DNA of 60,542 bases from Bacillota bacterium (GTDB lineage: Bacteria; Bacillota; Desulfotomaculia; Desulfotomaculales; JBFMEU01), in assembly GCA_040753155.1 (NCBI GenBank), contig JBFMEU010000005.1:1-60542 (forward strand), written 5' to 3'. Of this stretch, positions 9,638 through 20,877 are shown one piece after another. A program made the position numbers and the translations under genes. The stretch's first letter is position 1, and every line of letters starts with the position of its first letter. Under the pieces are notes generated by a model. That model was not told the DNA's origin. It searched no databases and saw only the letters and a program-made list of their open reading frames with translations.

Positions 9638-11075
9638 AGGCATCATCCTCCAGTTAACGGACGTTCAGAAAGACTTCCTCGACAACCTGATGGACTGCTA
9701 TTGCGCTGCCGTAAGGTGGTCATTTAAAAGATTACTGGACGGTTGGAAAACCCAGGACATACGACTATCCGCCCAAAGCAAATTTAACCTAAATTCCCGC
9801 CAATCCAATGATGCGGTTCATGACGCCCGGGCAACAATAAAATCACAGATCGAGCTGGTTAAACTAAATCACGCAGGCGCCGCAAAGAAAGTGGAATTTA
9901 CCCAAAAGCGCCTGGCGAAAGCCAGGTCTCCCGGAAAAAAGGCCAAGTTAAAAAGACGCCTGGACAAAGAAGAAAGGAAATTGACATTTTGGCAGAAACA
10001 CCTTGATGCCGGCACATTTCCGCCAGTGGTGTTTGGCGGTAAAAAACTATTCCATGAACGCTGCAAGGGTAACATAACCCGTGAAGAATGGCGCCAAGCC
10101 CGGAGCAACCGCTACCTTTCCAGAGGTGACAAAACCAAGGGCGGCAACCTGAACACAAGGCTACACACCAAAGACGGCAACATCTACCTGGACATAGTCG
10201 CAGAACCGGTCGAGACTGAAAAGTCCGTCCGGTACAAACGTATCACAGTCCCGGTCTACCTGGCTCATAAACCTTCCAAGAAAACCGGGGAAATCAACGG
10301 GCGCAACTACCGGCAAATGGTTCTGGACCATCTCAAAACCGGCAGCGCCTATCAGATAGAGCTCCTTCGTGAAAACGGTCGTTATTACGTCCACGTTACC
10401 ATCGAAGAAGAAATCCCGATCCCGGTTATCGCCCATAATGGAGCAATCGGAGTTGACACCAACCCGGACGGACTGGGCCTAGCCCGCACAGATTACCTGG
10501 GACAATTCAAAGAAAGCCTTTGGTTGTCACAGGGCGAGTGGACATATGCCCGGAGCAACCGGCGGGACAACCTGATCGGCGAGGCCGCGTCACTGGTGGT
10601 GAAAATGGCGAAACAGCTGAATTGCGCCCTTGCTGTTGAGGATCTGGAGTTAAAAAACGACAAATCCGTCACAGCCAAGTTCAACCGGATGAGTCACGGC
10701 TTCGTTTGGTCGAAATTTTTGCAGGCCATAGAGCGCAGAGCCGCCCGCGAGGGAGTGCCCCTGGTAAAAGCGCCGCCGCCGTTTACCTCAGTCATCGGCA
10801 TATTGAAATATCAACAGCAGTACGGGATCTCAAACCACGAAGCAGCGGCGTATACCATAGCCCGGCGCGGCCTGGGATATGGAAATGAAAAGGTGCCTAA
10901 AAAGTTGGTGCAAAAGTACGTCAAGAAAAAAGAGGCCTTCGCGTTGTTAACCAACTGGAAGCAATGGAGTTCAGTTAAAAAAGCGGTGATTGCCGCAATA
11001 AAAAAACAAATCAAACGGGAGGTGAAAGGCCTGGTTTCCTGGCAGCACCACAGAAAACAACTGATAGCGGGTTAA
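9621..11075 (+). CDS. tnpB: TnpB-related RNA-guided nuclease, zinc-finger-less variant, with ACG at the expected start
   Basis: RuvC-I IGVDTN, RuvC-II AVEDL, C-terminal TSVIG..KY..SNHEAAAYTIARRG; GGAGG upstream of ACG 9621-9623; overlaps the tnpA end. Confidence 0.85.
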   Translation, partial: TKTTVRGIILQLTDVQKDFLDNLMDCYCAAVRWSFKRLLDGWKTQDIRLSAQSKFNLNSRQSNDAVHDARATIKSQIELVKLNHAGAAKKVEFTQKRLAKARSPGKKAKLKRRLDKEERKLTFWQKHLDAGTFPPVVFGGKKLFHERCKGNITREEWRQARSNRYLSRGDKTKGGNLNTRLHTKDGNIYLDIVAEPVETEKSVRYKRITVPVYLAHKPSKKTGEINGRNYRQMVLDHLKTGSAYQIELLRENGRYYVHVTIEEEIPIPVIAHNGAIGVDTNPDGLGLARTDYLGQFKESLWLSQGEWTYARSNRRDNLIGEAASLVVKMAKQLNCALAVEDLELKNDKSVTAKFNRMSHGFVWSKFLQAIERRAAREGVPLVKAPPPFTSVIGILKYQQQYGISNHEAAAYTIARRGLGYGNEKVPKKLVQKYVKKKEAFALLTNWKQWSSVKKAVIAAIKKQIKREVKGLVSWQHHRKQLIAG

Positions 11076-11459
11076 ACCCTTGGCCATAAAGTTTGCGGCG
11101 CGGCACAGTACACGCAGTGAAAGGCTGTTGTCGCGAGTAACGACCAGGCGGTGGGTAACACCCCCTTCCGGGCAGAACTGGACGTCAGACATCAGGCGTC
11201 AGACATCGGACCTTTGGGGTCAGGCTAACGGGGTCAAAAAACCCGAAAGACAAACCACAAAGAAATCCGACGGCCGACGCCCAACGACCGACGACTGTAA
11301 AGCCAGGCGGCGTTTGAAGCCACCCGGAATATGGACGAAAGTCCATAGCTCAGCAGTTGAATCCTGTGACACTGCCTCCCGTTAGTCGGCGGGAGAGAAA
11401 ACTAAATATATCTGGATTATCCTGTATAAATCAGATTTCTTTAGTTTTCAGAAACCAGG
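11017..11459 (+). ncRNA. Predicted TnpB omegaRNA/right-end RNA scaffold
   Basis: Lies between the tnpB 3' end and the IS right end; closing stem 11030-11038/11451-11459; hairpins TATGGAC-GAAA-GTCCATA, CTCCCG..CGGGAG and GAAAACTAAA..TTTAGTTTTC. Confidence 0.7.
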
Positions 11460-11468
11460 TCTCCGCCA

Positions 11469-11696
11469 ATGCCGCGCAAGTTTAAAGTTATCCTTTCCTG
11501 GGATAATGAAACGCAGGTCTATGTTGTAACCGTTCCCGCATTGCCGGGCTGCGTTACTCAGGGGAAAAACCGTAAGGATGCCCTGGAGCGGGTCCAGGAA
11601 GCTATAACGGGCCATATTGAAGCCCTGAAGCTGATCGGCCAACCGGTACCGCAGGGAGATGTTGAGTTTGCCGAAGTGCAGGTAAGCGTTTCATGA
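11469..11696 (+). CDS. hicB: HicB-family antitoxin, short form without DNA-binding domain
   Basis: YVVTVPALPGCVTQGKNRKDALERVQEAI. Confidence 0.9.
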   Translation: MPRKFKVILSWDNETQVYVVTVPALPGCVTQGKNRKDALERVQEAITGHIEALKLIGQPVPQGDVEFAEVQVSVS

Positions 11697-11971
11697 CCAG
11701 GATGCCCAGGGTCACCGGCAAGAAGGTTGTATCCGCCCTCAAAAGCGCCGGCTTTATCGTGGTAAAAGTAACCGGTAGCCATCACCACCTGCACAAGCCA
11801 GGCAGTAGACTGGTGACCGTACCTGTTCATTCAGGGGAGACTACTAAAGATGAAATCCCTGTATTACAAACCCTTTGTGAAGCTATTTTGGAATACGTAT
11901 ATCAGGCCCCCGCACTGGTTGAGCGGATGGCTCTTAGAATAGAAGAGTTAAAATTAAAGACAAAGGATTAA
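11693..11971 (+). pseudogene. hicA: HicA toxin N-terminus fused to an unrelated C-terminal fragment
   Basis: AGFIVVKVTGSHHHLHK..VTVPVH HicA core; after GET the sequence becomes AT-richer and non-HicA (LCEAILEYVYQAP). Confidence 0.7.
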
Positions 11972-12053
11972 CTCCATCCCGGCCACAACGCCGGGATTTG
12001 CTTTTCCTGGCCTTTTATGGAGCATTCAAGCCCCCCATTTACTTGCCGCCTAA

Positions 12054-12725
12054 TTACAGCCGCTCCAGCGGGCTTCTGCACGGCCAAATTCGCCACCGCT
12101 GGAGAATTTCAAACCCAACAACGTTGATATACTGAACCCCCTGCATCAGGAAATCCTTTACAACATTGGCCGTGGGATACCGCTCTTCATCGGGGGGTGA
12201 AGGACAAAGCCGGCTTGTCAAGGCCGAAGGTAAAGCTGTCTTGATACCCCCCCCATTCTCTCGTCGATAGAAGTCCGTCCCCTTGGAAGTCTTGCCCAGC
12301 AGCCGGCGTGGTGTTAGCTTGGGGCTAAATTCAAGATCTTTGCCTGCCGGCGCCCACTTCTTTAAAAACTCCTTGAGGATCTCATCATCTATGCGTACGC
12401 CCAATTGCTCATCTTCGGCCACAGCCAGGCGGTATAGCAATAGTTTGCCCTGCTGGGAATCTATAACGTTACCCATGTCCAGCCACAACTCAATTTCAAT
12501 GGGGTCACCCTGCTTCATAAATGTAAGGTCACGGAATTCAGGTGCCCGTTTCTCCACAGCTTTCCGGGGCCCGTGTTCAAGGCAGTCCTTAACAAACTGT
12601 AGGGCATCCAGAAAAGTGCTTTTACCGCTGGCATTTGGCCCGACCAGGACATGGAATCTGTTCAGCGACAGATTCTTCAGGAATTTTATAGCCTTATAGT
12701 TTTTGACAGTTATGCCGGCAATCAT
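12054..12725 (-). pseudogene. Truncated duplicate of the ATPase at 21504-22730
   Basis: 12126-12737 nearly identical to 22131-22742; compensating +2/-2 indels; lacks the signature/Walker B half; ATG overlaps the hsdR stop (ATGA). Confidence 0.9.
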
Positions 12726-15700
12726 AGATCCACCCCCCTGCTATCATTCTGACACATCAATTTAGTTTGCTCCATCACAACATCCACTGCTTTAGCCGTT
12801 TTATCAGGCGGGTAGCCGTATTTTTTAAGCAGCCGCTTAATGATCATTTTCATTTTTGCCTGGACGCTTTCCCGGATAGCCCAGTCAACGCTAATGTTAT
12901 TTTTAATGGCCATGGTTAGATCCCTGGCAATTTGCTTGAGGATTTCATCACCCATAACCTCCCTGGCCGATTCATTGTCCGCCAAGGCATCATAGAAAGC
13001 TAACTCGTCCGGGGTAAGCCCAGTTTTTTCACCCCGTTTTTCAGCTTCACTGATTTCCCTGGCAAGCTCAATCAGCTCTATGATGACCTGGGTTGTCTCC
13101 ACAGCCCGGTTTTGATACTTTCTGATGGCCGCCTCCAGCATTTCTGAAAATTTCCTGGACTGTACCAGGTTGCGCCTGGAGAAAGTTTTGATGCTGCCCT
13201 TTAACAACCTGTTTAACAGCTCAACAGCCAGGTTTTTCTGCTTCATGCCTTTAACTTCATTGAGGAACTCATCAGAAAGAATGGCTATATTAGGCTTGGA
13301 AAGGCCAACCGAACCCAGAATATCCACCACTTCATCGGAGGATATGGCTTTGGAAATCAGCTGGTTGAGCTCATTGTCCAGCTGGGAGGTGGTTTTCTTT
13401 TTACTGTCATCGCTAATCATTTTAACCAAACAGGCTTTGACTGCTTTATGGAAACCCACTTCAACATTGAGGCTTATGGCAATATCAGTTGTGGCGCACA
13501 GGGAATAGGCCCTGGCCATTTCGGTGACCAGCTTGATATAGTCGTTCTTCCTGTCCTCACGGAGCCCGATGATATAATCCATAGTCTCTGCAATCGCCTG
13601 CATTTTAACACTGGGCTTGCCGGTGAAGAATTTGCTGTAGTCGTGGCCGTGGAGCAGCTCTTTAATCAGGTCGTACTTCTCCAGGAGAACCTTAGACGCC
13701 ACTTCCGTATCCACACCGGTGGTCTTCCGGTCACTTTCCGTATACTGGGCCAGGGCTGCCTTCAGGTTTTCGGCAATGCCGATATAATCAACCACCAGGC
13801 CGCCCTGCTTATCCTTGAAGACCCGGTTCACCCTGGCAATGGCCTGCATCAGATTATGGCCGCCCATGGGCTTGTCGATGTACATGGTGTGCATGCTGGG
13901 CACATCAAAACCGGTGAGCCACATATCACGCACAATGACCAGCTTTAGTCCGTCATTCCGGTCTTTCATTCGCCTGGCCAGGGTCTCCCGGCTGGCCTTT
14001 GTCCCGATAAATGGCTGCCAGTCTGCGGGGTCAGATGAACTGCCGGTCATAACCACCTTGATCTTACCGGCCATTAATTCATCACTGTGCCAACCCGGGC
14101 GCAGGGCAACCATCTCTTTGTACAGGTCGACGGCAATCCTGCGGCTCATGGTTACGATCATGCCCTTACCGCCTTCGTTCTCCTGAGCCTGCTCCCGTTT
14201 TTCAAAATGCTCCACGATATCCCTGGCAATTTGTTTAACCCTTTGCTCGGCGCCGACGATGGCCTCCAGCCTGGCCCATTTGCTCTTGAGCTTTTCCTTT
14301 TGGCTTTGCTCCTGGTACTCGGTTATTTCCTCATACTCAGTGTCCACCCGGGGCTTCATTGCTTCCGGCAGCTCCAGTTTGGCCAGCCTGCTTTCGTAAA
14401 AGATCTTAACCGTTGTGCCATCTTCAACTGCCCTGGTCATGTCGTACACATCAATATAATCCCCGAATACGGCGCGGGTGTTTTTATCGGTAAGTTCAAC
14501 CGGCGTCCCGGTAAAACCAATGTAAGAGGCATTGGGCAGGCTGTCCCGCATGTACTTGGCATAACCGTATTTAACATCGGCCTCTGTTTTACCCCTGACC
14601 ACTTCCGCCCCAAAGCCGTACTGGCTGCGGTGGGCCTCGTCAGCAATGACAATGACATTTTTCCGGTCGGTGAGCACCATGTTCCGGGCATAGTCAGGGG
14701 ATTTTTCGGCAACCTTTAAAGCTTCATAAGGCTGTGTGCCCTCTTTGATTTCATTAGAAAACGGTGCGAACTTATGAATGGTTGTGAAGATGATGCCGCC
14801 GCTGGTCCGGCTGCTCAGCAGTTCCCTTAAATGCTCCCGGTCCCCGGCCTGCACCGGCGTGCTTCTTAATAAGTCCTTGCTTTTGAGGAAAGTGCTATAC
14901 AACTGGTCATCTAAATCATTGCGGTCCGTGATGATCACTATGGTTGGATTCTCCAGCTCTTCACTGATCACCAGTTTCCCCACGTAGAACACCATGGACA
15001 AGCTTTTGCCGCTGCCCTGGGTATGCCAGATGACACCGATCCGCCGGTCCCCACTCTCCATGGTGGCCCGCCGGGTACTGGCCACAGCTTTATTCACCGC
15101 ATGGTATTGATGATACCCGGCCAGAATTTTTATCGTATCTGTTCCATCGCTCTGGAAAAGGACAAAGTGCTTAATGATGTCCAGAAAGATGTCCCGCTGG
15201 AACATACCCTTGATTAACACTTCCAGCTGGGGAATGAACTGGGGTGCCACATCGTCACCGTCAATGGTGCGCCAGGCCATAAACCAGTCTTCATCGGCAG
15301 TCAGGGTGCCGGCCCGGGCATTAATCCCGTCACTGGTGACCATAAAGGAATTATAAGTGAACAGGGAGGGGATGGCCGTCTTATAGGTCTGCAGCTGGTT
15401 ATAAGCATCGGTGATGTCTACATTTTCATCACTGGCGCTTTTTAGCTCGATGACCACCAGGGGAATCCCATTAACCAAGACAATCACATCCGGGCGCTTT
15501 TCCACGCCATGCTCCACCACGGTGAACTGGTTGGCCACTACGAATTCATTATTCAGGTAGTTATCAAAGTCAAAAACATAAGCCTTGGCAGTCCGGTAGC
15601 CCCCGCCGGCCTGTTTCACCTGAACATCGATGCCGTCGGTGATCATCTTTTGGAAGGCCTTGTTGTTCATGATCAGGCTGGGGCTCTGGGGCATTATGAT

Positions 15701-15925
15701 TTGCCTGAAGGCCTCCTCAATGGCTTCATCCGGAAGCTTGGGGTTGATTCTCACCAGGGCTTCTTTTAACCTTTCGGCCAGAATAACATCGCCGTAATCT
15801 TCCCGTTCCGGATACTCTCCATCCGGTGCAATGTCCGGGGCAAAGATAACTTCATAGCCCAATTCCTCAAACCATTCCAGGGTTGCTTCTTCTAAATCAG
15901 ACTCGTAGAAGTTGCTTTTGGCCAT
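12722..15925 (-). CDS. hsdR: Type I restriction enzyme R subunit
   Basis: RPD..VIELK nuclease motif, [30 protein letters not shown]. Confidence 0.97.
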   Translation of the reverse strand: MAKSNFYESDLEEATLEWFEELGYEVIFAPDIAPDGEYPEREDYGDVILAERLKEALVRINPKLPDEAIEEAFRQIIMPQSPSLIMNNKAFQKMITDGIDVQVKQAGGGYRTAKAYVFDFDNYLNNEFVVANQFTVVEHGVEKRPDVIVLVNGIPLVVIELKSASDENVDITDAYNQLQTYKTAIPSLFTYNSFMVTSDGINARAGTLTADEDWFMAWRTIDGDDVAPQFIPQLEVLIKGMFQRDIFLDIIKHFVLFQSDGTDTIKILAGYHQYHAVNKAVASTRRATMESGDRRIGVIWHTQGSGKSLSMVFYVGKLVISEELENPTIVIITDRNDLDDQLYSTFLKSKDLLRSTPVQAGDREHLRELLSSRTSGGIIFTTIHKFAPFSNEIKEGTQPYEALKVAEKSPDYARNMVLTDRKNVIVIADEAHRSQYGFGAEVVRGKTEADVKYGYAKYMRDSLPNASYIGFTGTPVELTDKNTRAVFGDYIDVYDMTRAVEDGTTVKIFYESRLAKLELPEAMKPRVDTEYEEITEYQEQSQKEKLKSKWARLEAIVGAEQRVKQIARDIVEHFEKREQAQENEGGKGMIVTMSRRIAVDLYKEMVALRPGWHSDELMAGKIKVVMTGSSSDPADWQPFIGTKASRETLARRMKDRNDGLKLVIVRDMWLTGFDVPSMHTMYIDKPMGGHNLMQAIARVNRVFKDKQGGLVVDYIGIAENLKAALAQYTESDRKTTGVDTEVASKVLLEKYDLIKELLHGHDYSKFFTGKPSVKMQAIAETMDYIIGLREDRKNDYIKLVTEMARAYSLCATTDIAISLNVEVGFHKAVKACLVKMISDDSKKKTTSQLDNELNQLISKAISSDEVVDILGSVGLSKPNIAILSDEFLNEVKGMKQKNLAVELLNRLLKGSIKTFSRRNLVQSRKFSEMLEAAIRKYQNRAVETTQVIIELIELAREISEAEKRGEKTGLTPDELAFYDALADNESAREVMGDEILKQIARDLTMAIKNNISVDWAIRESVQAKMKMIIKRLLKKYGYPPDKTAKAVDVVMEQTKLMCQNDSRGVDL

Positions 15926-17158
15926 CTATTGCACCTCCTCAATGGGAACTCGGATTTCGCCAGACATTAGTTTTGGTAATAAGGAATTCCTAATCTCTTT
16001 TAGCGTTTTATTTTGCACACTAATTTCTATCATTTGTTTAAACAGGGGATTCATAATATTACTCAATATCTTCATATCAGCATCTTTCGGAATCAGCACC
16101 TTGGACTCAGTGAGATGACTTCTCTTTATATGTCCCATTGTTGTAGCTTTATCTTTAGCAATGGCTTTAAAGTTATCAAGATGTTTTAATGTCCATAAAT
16201 AAAAATACCACTTTTCATACTTCTCTGAGGTAACCTTAAATAAATGTTGGTTCAATCCTCCATGGCCACCTGTCCAAATTTTAACCATTAGTGTTCCCGA
16301 CCAGGAGAATATTACGTCTCCATCTTGAACAATATACTGTTCAGGTATATTAATACTTGCCTTATCACTATTACCATCTGTAAAACCTTGATTTAATTCT
16401 TTAATTTTAACCACCGGCAAAAACTCTTCTGTCTCAGGCCGATATTTTTGCATTGCAAGTCCATTAAGGTAGTCTGCAACACTATCTAAACTGTCTACTT
16501 TCCACCCTTTAGGTATCATTCCTAACTCGCTATCTTCAAACTCTCCATCCTGAAATGGCTCAAAATCCACAAACCAGCTTTTAAAAATAGCCTGGGCCAT
16601 TTCCTCAAGGGTTTTGTTGATACGGTTGTTGAGTTCAATTTTATTGTCAATAGCGGACAGAATTTTTACAATTTCTTGTTGATACCTTTTTGCAGGAACT
16701 TCAATTTCTAAATTTTTTATAGTATTAATATCAAACTTGCCAGCACCTATACTTGTGTGCTCAAGTTTATTAGAAAGAAATGTTTTATTTGTTTGAAACC
16801 AATAAAAAAGAAAATACGGCATGATAATATTAGAATCAACTTCAATGGCTTTAATATCTTGATTAAATGCTACTGGATGATCAACAATTCCTATTGGAAT
16901 ATTATTAAAAAGGCCGCTTCCACGAACCAATAAAAGGATGCTGTCTTTTTCAGCAATCCTCGAACCCCTATCAAGACCTTTCTTAGTTATTTTAATATCT
17001 GAATCGTATATTCTTCCATCTTTAAGGGTCTTAGCACTAATCCATGGTATAGATCCACCCCAGTATTCTTTAACAGACTTTGAAGGAGTGCCACCTGACC
17101 GCCAAACACTAATCTCTCCAATTCTATATATTGTTGATCTTTTAGATATCAAAACCAA
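15926..17158 (-). CDS. hsdS: Type I specificity subunit with two TRDs
   Basis: GGTPSKS..YWGG, central helix [29 protein letters not shown]-terminal [10 protein letters not shown]; low GC. Confidence 0.95.
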   Translation of the reverse strand: MVLISKRSTIYRIGEISVWRSGGTPSKSVKEYWGGSIPWISAKTLKDGRIYDSDIKITKKGLDRGSRIAEKDSILLLVRGSGLFNNIPIGIVDHPVAFNQDIKAIEVDSNIIMPYFLFYWFQTNKTFLSNKLEHTSIGAGKFDINTIKNLEIEVPAKRYQQEIVKILSAIDNKIELNNRINKTLEEMAQAIFKSWFVDFEPFQDGEFEDSELGMIPKGWKVDSLDSVADYLNGLAMQKYRPETEEFLPVVKIKELNQGFTDGNSDKASINIPEQYIVQDGDVIFSWSGTLMVKIWTGGHGGLNQHLFKVTSEKYEKWYFYLWTLKHLDNFKAIAKDKATTMGHIKRSHLTESKVLIPKDADMKILSNIMNPLFKQMIEISVQNKTLKEIRNSLLPKLMSGEIRVPIEEVQ

Positions 17159-18623
17159 TCGCCCCCAATCGATGCTTAATTTCCTCCTCTAACTTACGAG
17201 ATTTAGCAAACAGCTCAGCCAGTTCTCCTGTCAGCCGGGTCATCTTTTCATCGAAGGGCTCCCCGTCATCTACGGCATCTTCAATTCCCACATATCTTCC
17301 CGGGGTCAGGATGTACTCATGATCTCTTATCTCTTCAATTGTTGCGGATTTACAAAAGCCCTGCACATCCTCATATTCCTCTTTACAGTCTCGCCAGCTA
17401 TGGTAAGCAGCACAAATTTTCTTAATCTCCTCATCGGAAAGCTCGCGGTGCTTGCGGGTCACCATGGCGCCCATCTTGCGGGCGTCAATAAAGAGGATTT
17501 TATCGTTCCGGTTATCTCTTTTTTTAGCAAGAAACCAGAGGCATACCGGAATGGTTACATTGTAAAAAAGGTTGGGCGGCATGGTGACGATGCAGTCCAC
17601 CAGCCCCGCCTCAATGATGTTTTTTCTGATCTCCGCCTCCGCCTTTGTAGAGGTGCTCATGGATCCATTGGCCAGGACAAAGCCGGCCACACCCTTGGGC
17701 GATAACTTGCTGATGATGTGCTCGATCCAGGCGTAGTTGGCATTATTAGCCGGCGGTATACCATACTTCCAGCGGGCATCATCCTGGATCAAGGTGTAAT
17801 CGCTGACGTTAAAGGGAGGGTTGGCCAGGATATAGTCGGCCCGCAAGTTTTTGTGCAGGTCATTGCCAAAGGTATCGGCATCCCTTCCCCCCAGATTGCC
17901 GTCAATGCCGCGGATGGCCAGGTTCATTTTGCAAAGACGCCAGGTGGCCGCGGTGTATTCCTGTCCATAGATATAAATATCATCTTTGCGGCCCTGGTGC
18001 TCCTCCACAAACCTGGCCGACTGGACAAACATGCCCCCTGACCCGCAGCAGGGGTCGTAGACCCTGCCCTTATAGGGCTCGATCATGCCCACCAGCAGCT
18101 TTACGATGGACGGCGGTGTGTAGAACTCCCCCTGGCTGGAACCAAACTTGCCCAGGAAGTATTCGTAGACCCGGCCCAGGATATCCTGGGCTCTGGCCTC
18201 TTTATTGCCCAGGTTAAAGGAAAACAAATCAATGAGTTCTCCCAGCTTGGTTTTGTCCAGTTCCGGCCTGGCGTAATTCTTGGGCAGTACCCCTTTCAGG
18301 CTTTTATTCTCCCGTTCTATGGCCATCATCGCTTCGTCGATAATTTGCCCGATGGTGCTTTGTTTAGCGTTTTTTTTGATAAATCCCCACCTGGCGCCGG
18401 GCGGCACAAAGAAAACATTTTCTGCCACATAGGCGTCCCGGTCTTCTTCAAACCCTTCGCCCTCGGCCACCAGTTCGTTGTATTTTTCCTCAAAGCTGTC
18501 GGAGATGTATTTCAGGAAGATCAGCCCCAGGACAACATCCTTATAATCGGATGGTTGAATGTTACCCCTTAGCTTGTCCGCCATTTCCCACAATTTGTTT
18601 TCAAACTCCAAGTTTACGGCCAT
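17142..18623 (-). CDS. hsdM: Type I methyltransferase subunit
   Basis: [31 protein letters not shown]. Confidence 0.97.
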   Translation of the reverse strand: MAVNLEFENKLWEMADKLRGNIQPSDYKDVVLGLIFLKYISDSFEEKYNELVAEGEGFEEDRDAYVAENVFFVPPGARWGFIKKNAKQSTIGQIIDEAMMAIERENKSLKGVLPKNYARPELDKTKLGELIDLFSFNLGNKEARAQDILGRVYEYFLGKFGSSQGEFYTPPSIVKLLVGMIEPYKGRVYDPCCGSGGMFVQSARFVEEHQGRKDDIYIYGQEYTAATWRLCKMNLAIRGIDGNLGGRDADTFGNDLHKNLRADYILANPPFNVSDYTLIQDDARWKYGIPPANNANYAWIEHIISKLSPKGVAGFVLANGSMSTSTKAEAEIRKNIIEAGLVDCIVTMPPNLFYNVTIPVCLWFLAKKRDNRNDKILFIDARKMGAMVTRKHRELSDEEIKKICAAYHSWRDCKEEYEDVQGFCKSATIEEIRDHEYILTPGRYVGIEDAVDDGEPFDEKMTRLTGELAELFAKSRKLEEEIKHRLGAIGFDI

Positions 18624-20218
18624 TGCTTTCCCTCCTGGATTAACTGGTTATAAATATTGTCCTTTACCTGCGCCCACCGGCTTTCGGCCTGTTTAACGGT
18701 GTTTTTGTAAACCGCCAGTTCCTCGTTGTACTTATCGATCATTTCCTGTTGTTTGTTTGCCGGCAATACCGGGATTTCTATTTCCATAATATCAGCGTGG
18801 TTGATATTCATGATGGTGGTACCCCGCTGAAAGCTCTTAATAAGGGCCATTCCAACGGGACTTTCAAAAAAGATCTTGATATATTCACCCTTGACCTTTT
18901 CCTTGGGCCGGATCACAATCAGGTTGGCAGAGGCAATAATCGTTTGCTCCCGGGCTTCAAATACCGCAGTTTTTATGGCCGTTCCCCTGCACGACAGGAC
19001 CACATCGCCGGTATACAGCTCATACCGCTTGATTTTCCGCTCTTCTTCATTGATGCTGTCCATATCCCGGTAGTTAATCGCGCCATCCTCGATGTTGGAG
19101 ATGTTAAGGATAGCTATGCTGCCCAGGGAAGTGTCCTTTTTCAGGATGGACTTTCCGCGGAAAACCTCGGCCACATCTTTCAGCTTTACCTTTTGGAGGC
19201 TGGAGCTTTTGAACCGCTGCACGTTTTCATCGTCACCGGCCAGGAGCAGCTCAATGCGCCAGTCCTCCTGGGAAAGAAACTCCCCGGTGGGGATTGCTTT
19301 TTTGTCTCTTAGTTCAAAGTCTGTTTTTTTAAGTTCAAATGTTCCAATTTCAACCTTCGCCCTGGGTTTTGTTGTGATTGAGCACAAATAAGTTTTAATG
19401 GCTGTTGACGGTCTAAAGGTTCCTTCAGGTAACATATAAATGCTTTCCACATGGAAGTGTTTGGCCATATAGGCCCTTAGTTTTTCATAACCCATACCGG
19501 CAAAGGTGATCTTGGCGGGCACGATGATATCCAGCGTGCCCTTAATATCCAGATGTTCAAGCATATTTTCCATAGCGATGCCATCGCTGTCCCTGGTTAG
19601 AAACTTTTTGCTTATCTCATCCGGCTTATGTCCAAAGGCCGGCAGGGAGTAAATGTAATCATATTTTTCATCCTGCAGGCACCCCGTATAGATGGATTCA
19701 AAACGGATTTTAACATGTTCATACTCACCAAAAGCCATTTGCAACAAAATGTACATTGGCTTGAGCTGGGTCGTCAAGGTGATTTCGGATCCTGAAAAGC
19801 GGTTGACTATATCCTTGAGGCCGGACAGGTGCTTTTCTGCTTCCGTGATTAGTATCTTTTTCGGTTGAAGCTTCTTAATCCTGTCGCTGATGTAAGAGCT
19901 CAGGTAAACTGGCGAAATGACTGTGCCCAGGCGGTCGTTCTTATAGATACCAATGGTAAACTCAAGGAGATCAAGGTCTTTTAAAGCCTCAAAAATATTC
20001 CAAAAGTCATCCCTGTCTGCAGGGAAGAAGCCCAATTCATCTTCAGTGGTTTTTTTCATGAACTGAAACAGCTTTTCCTTGTCGCTAATCATATTCAAGT
20101 TGTCTTTTAGTTTCTTTAAGGTCATCTTGACGCGGAGCATTTCATTCAGTAGTTGCTCCCGGGAAGATATCTGCCGCTGGTACAGCATGTTTAAGGCTAA
20201 ATCTATACTGGTACTCAC
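18614..20218 (-). CDS. Degenerate N6-MTase-like domain fused to a single HsdS-like TRD
   Basis: GTG start after [18 protein letters not shown] at the NPPF position; [14 protein letters not shown]-terminal [33 protein letters not shown]. Confidence 0.7.
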   Translation of the reverse strand: MSTSIDLALNMLYQRQISSREQLLNEMLRVKMTLKKLKDNLNMISDKEKLFQFMKKTTEDELGFFPADRDDFWNIFEALKDLDLLEFTIGIYKNDRLGTVISPVYLSSYISDRIKKLQPKKILITEAEKHLSGLKDIVNRFSGSEITLTTQLKPMYILLQMAFGEYEHVKIRFESIYTGCLQDEKYDYIYSLPAFGHKPDEISKKFLTRDSDGIAMENMLEHLDIKGTLDIIVPAKITFAGMGYEKLRAYMAKHFHVESIYMLPEGTFRPSTAIKTYLCSITTKPRAKVEIGTFELKKTDFELRDKKAIPTGEFLSQEDWRIELLLAGDDENVQRFKSSSLQKVKLKDVAEVFRGKSILKKDTSLGSIAILNISNIEDGAINYRDMDSINEEERKIKRYELYTGDVVLSCRGTAIKTAVFEAREQTIIASANLIVIRPKEKVKGEYIKIFFESPVGMALIKSFQRGTTIMNINHADIMEIEIPVLPANKQQEMIDKYNEELAVYKNTVKQAESRWAQVKDNIYNQLIQEGKQWP

Positions 20219-20365
20219 GGTTATCCTCCTTTCTGCGGTTCTTTTTGACAACTTAACTATATATTAGACTATTTAGTATGTCAATACTAAATAGTCTTTA
20301 TGCCCTTATAGCCAGAAGCACCCCTATCAGGATGCTTCTTTATGCTTGCCTAAAGAAATCGGCCC

Positions 20366-20496
20366 TTGAACGAGACTTCATTCAGAGGGGGATTCAACCC
20401 CCTCTGAATGTTAGCCGAGTCCATACTGGACTTAACCGCCCTTTGAAACCCGCCGCCTACAGAGGCGGGGGTCTTAGGGCGGATTAGTTCAGTGAT
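20366..20496 (+). repeat. Family A element, long 131 bp form
   Basis: Short module plus an extra 68 bp fold-back TACTGGACTTAACCGCCCT...AGGGCGGATTAGTTCA. Confidence 0.9.
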
Positions 20497-20498
20497 AA

Positions 20499-20569
20499 AA
20501 ATAGGCATCTGGCAAACGGCAAAATTTTAGGTTCAGGCAGTCAATTCAGAAAGATTATTGACTGTCGTG
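20499..20569. repeat. 71 bp direct repeat B, a copy of the nadE 3' end and downstream sequence
   Basis: 69/71 identical to 24218-24288, which includes the last 5 codons of nadE. Confidence 0.9.
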
Positions 20570-20610
20570 ATATATGTGCAGTAGCAATTTATTAATAAAC
20601 CTCTGGTGAA

Positions 20611-20830
20611 TCAATCCTTTACGATATCAGCTAATTGAAAATAGTATTCTTCATTCCAATACCCACTGGCCGCACCGGAAGTGGAAGGTGCTACAAATAT
20701 TAGTGTTTTACCCACCTTCATATTCTGCAATCCGTAATTTACTTTTTTAGTATCCATAAATACTTGGGCTGCCGTCTTGCCGTTAAAGCACAGAACCTTT
20801 GGCCGGTACTTTAAAATCTTTTTCTTGAGA
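20611..20830 (-). pseudogene. C-terminal fragment of a mismatch-specific (MUG-like) uracil-DNA glycosylase
   Basis: Manual translation KILKYRPKVLCFNGKTAA..VNYGLQ..IFVAPSTSGAASGYW..; no N-terminal half. Confidence 0.7.
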
Positions 20831-20877
20831 ATAATAGCCAGGAAGAACAGGATACCCGATTGAGTAGAGAATAAGAA

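Larger units (their letters stand above)
8887..11459 (+). mobile_element. IS607-family element (tnpA serine recombinase, tnpB, 3' RNA) inserted at a GG dinucleotide
   Basis: GG at both boundaries (8885-8886 and 11458-11459); removal restores AAGGAGG-TCTCCGCCA-ATG of hicB; both ends share TGGA-N8-TATAAA-N3-GAT (8909-8932 and 11413-11436). Confidence 0.85.

Noticed and set aside
11080..11385. 101 aa ORF after tnpB
   Set aside because: No RBS, low-complexity Arg/Thr translation, and it coincides with the structured RNA region
8887..11459. IStron (group I intron fused to IS607)
   Set aside because: The left end is only about 100 bp before tnpA and I could not find group I P/Q/R/S core sequences at either end
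20278..20487. ORFs across family A repeats (also 6679-6876, 34684-34878, 45156-45419)
   Set aside because: Their shared peptides come from the repeat element, not from a gene family
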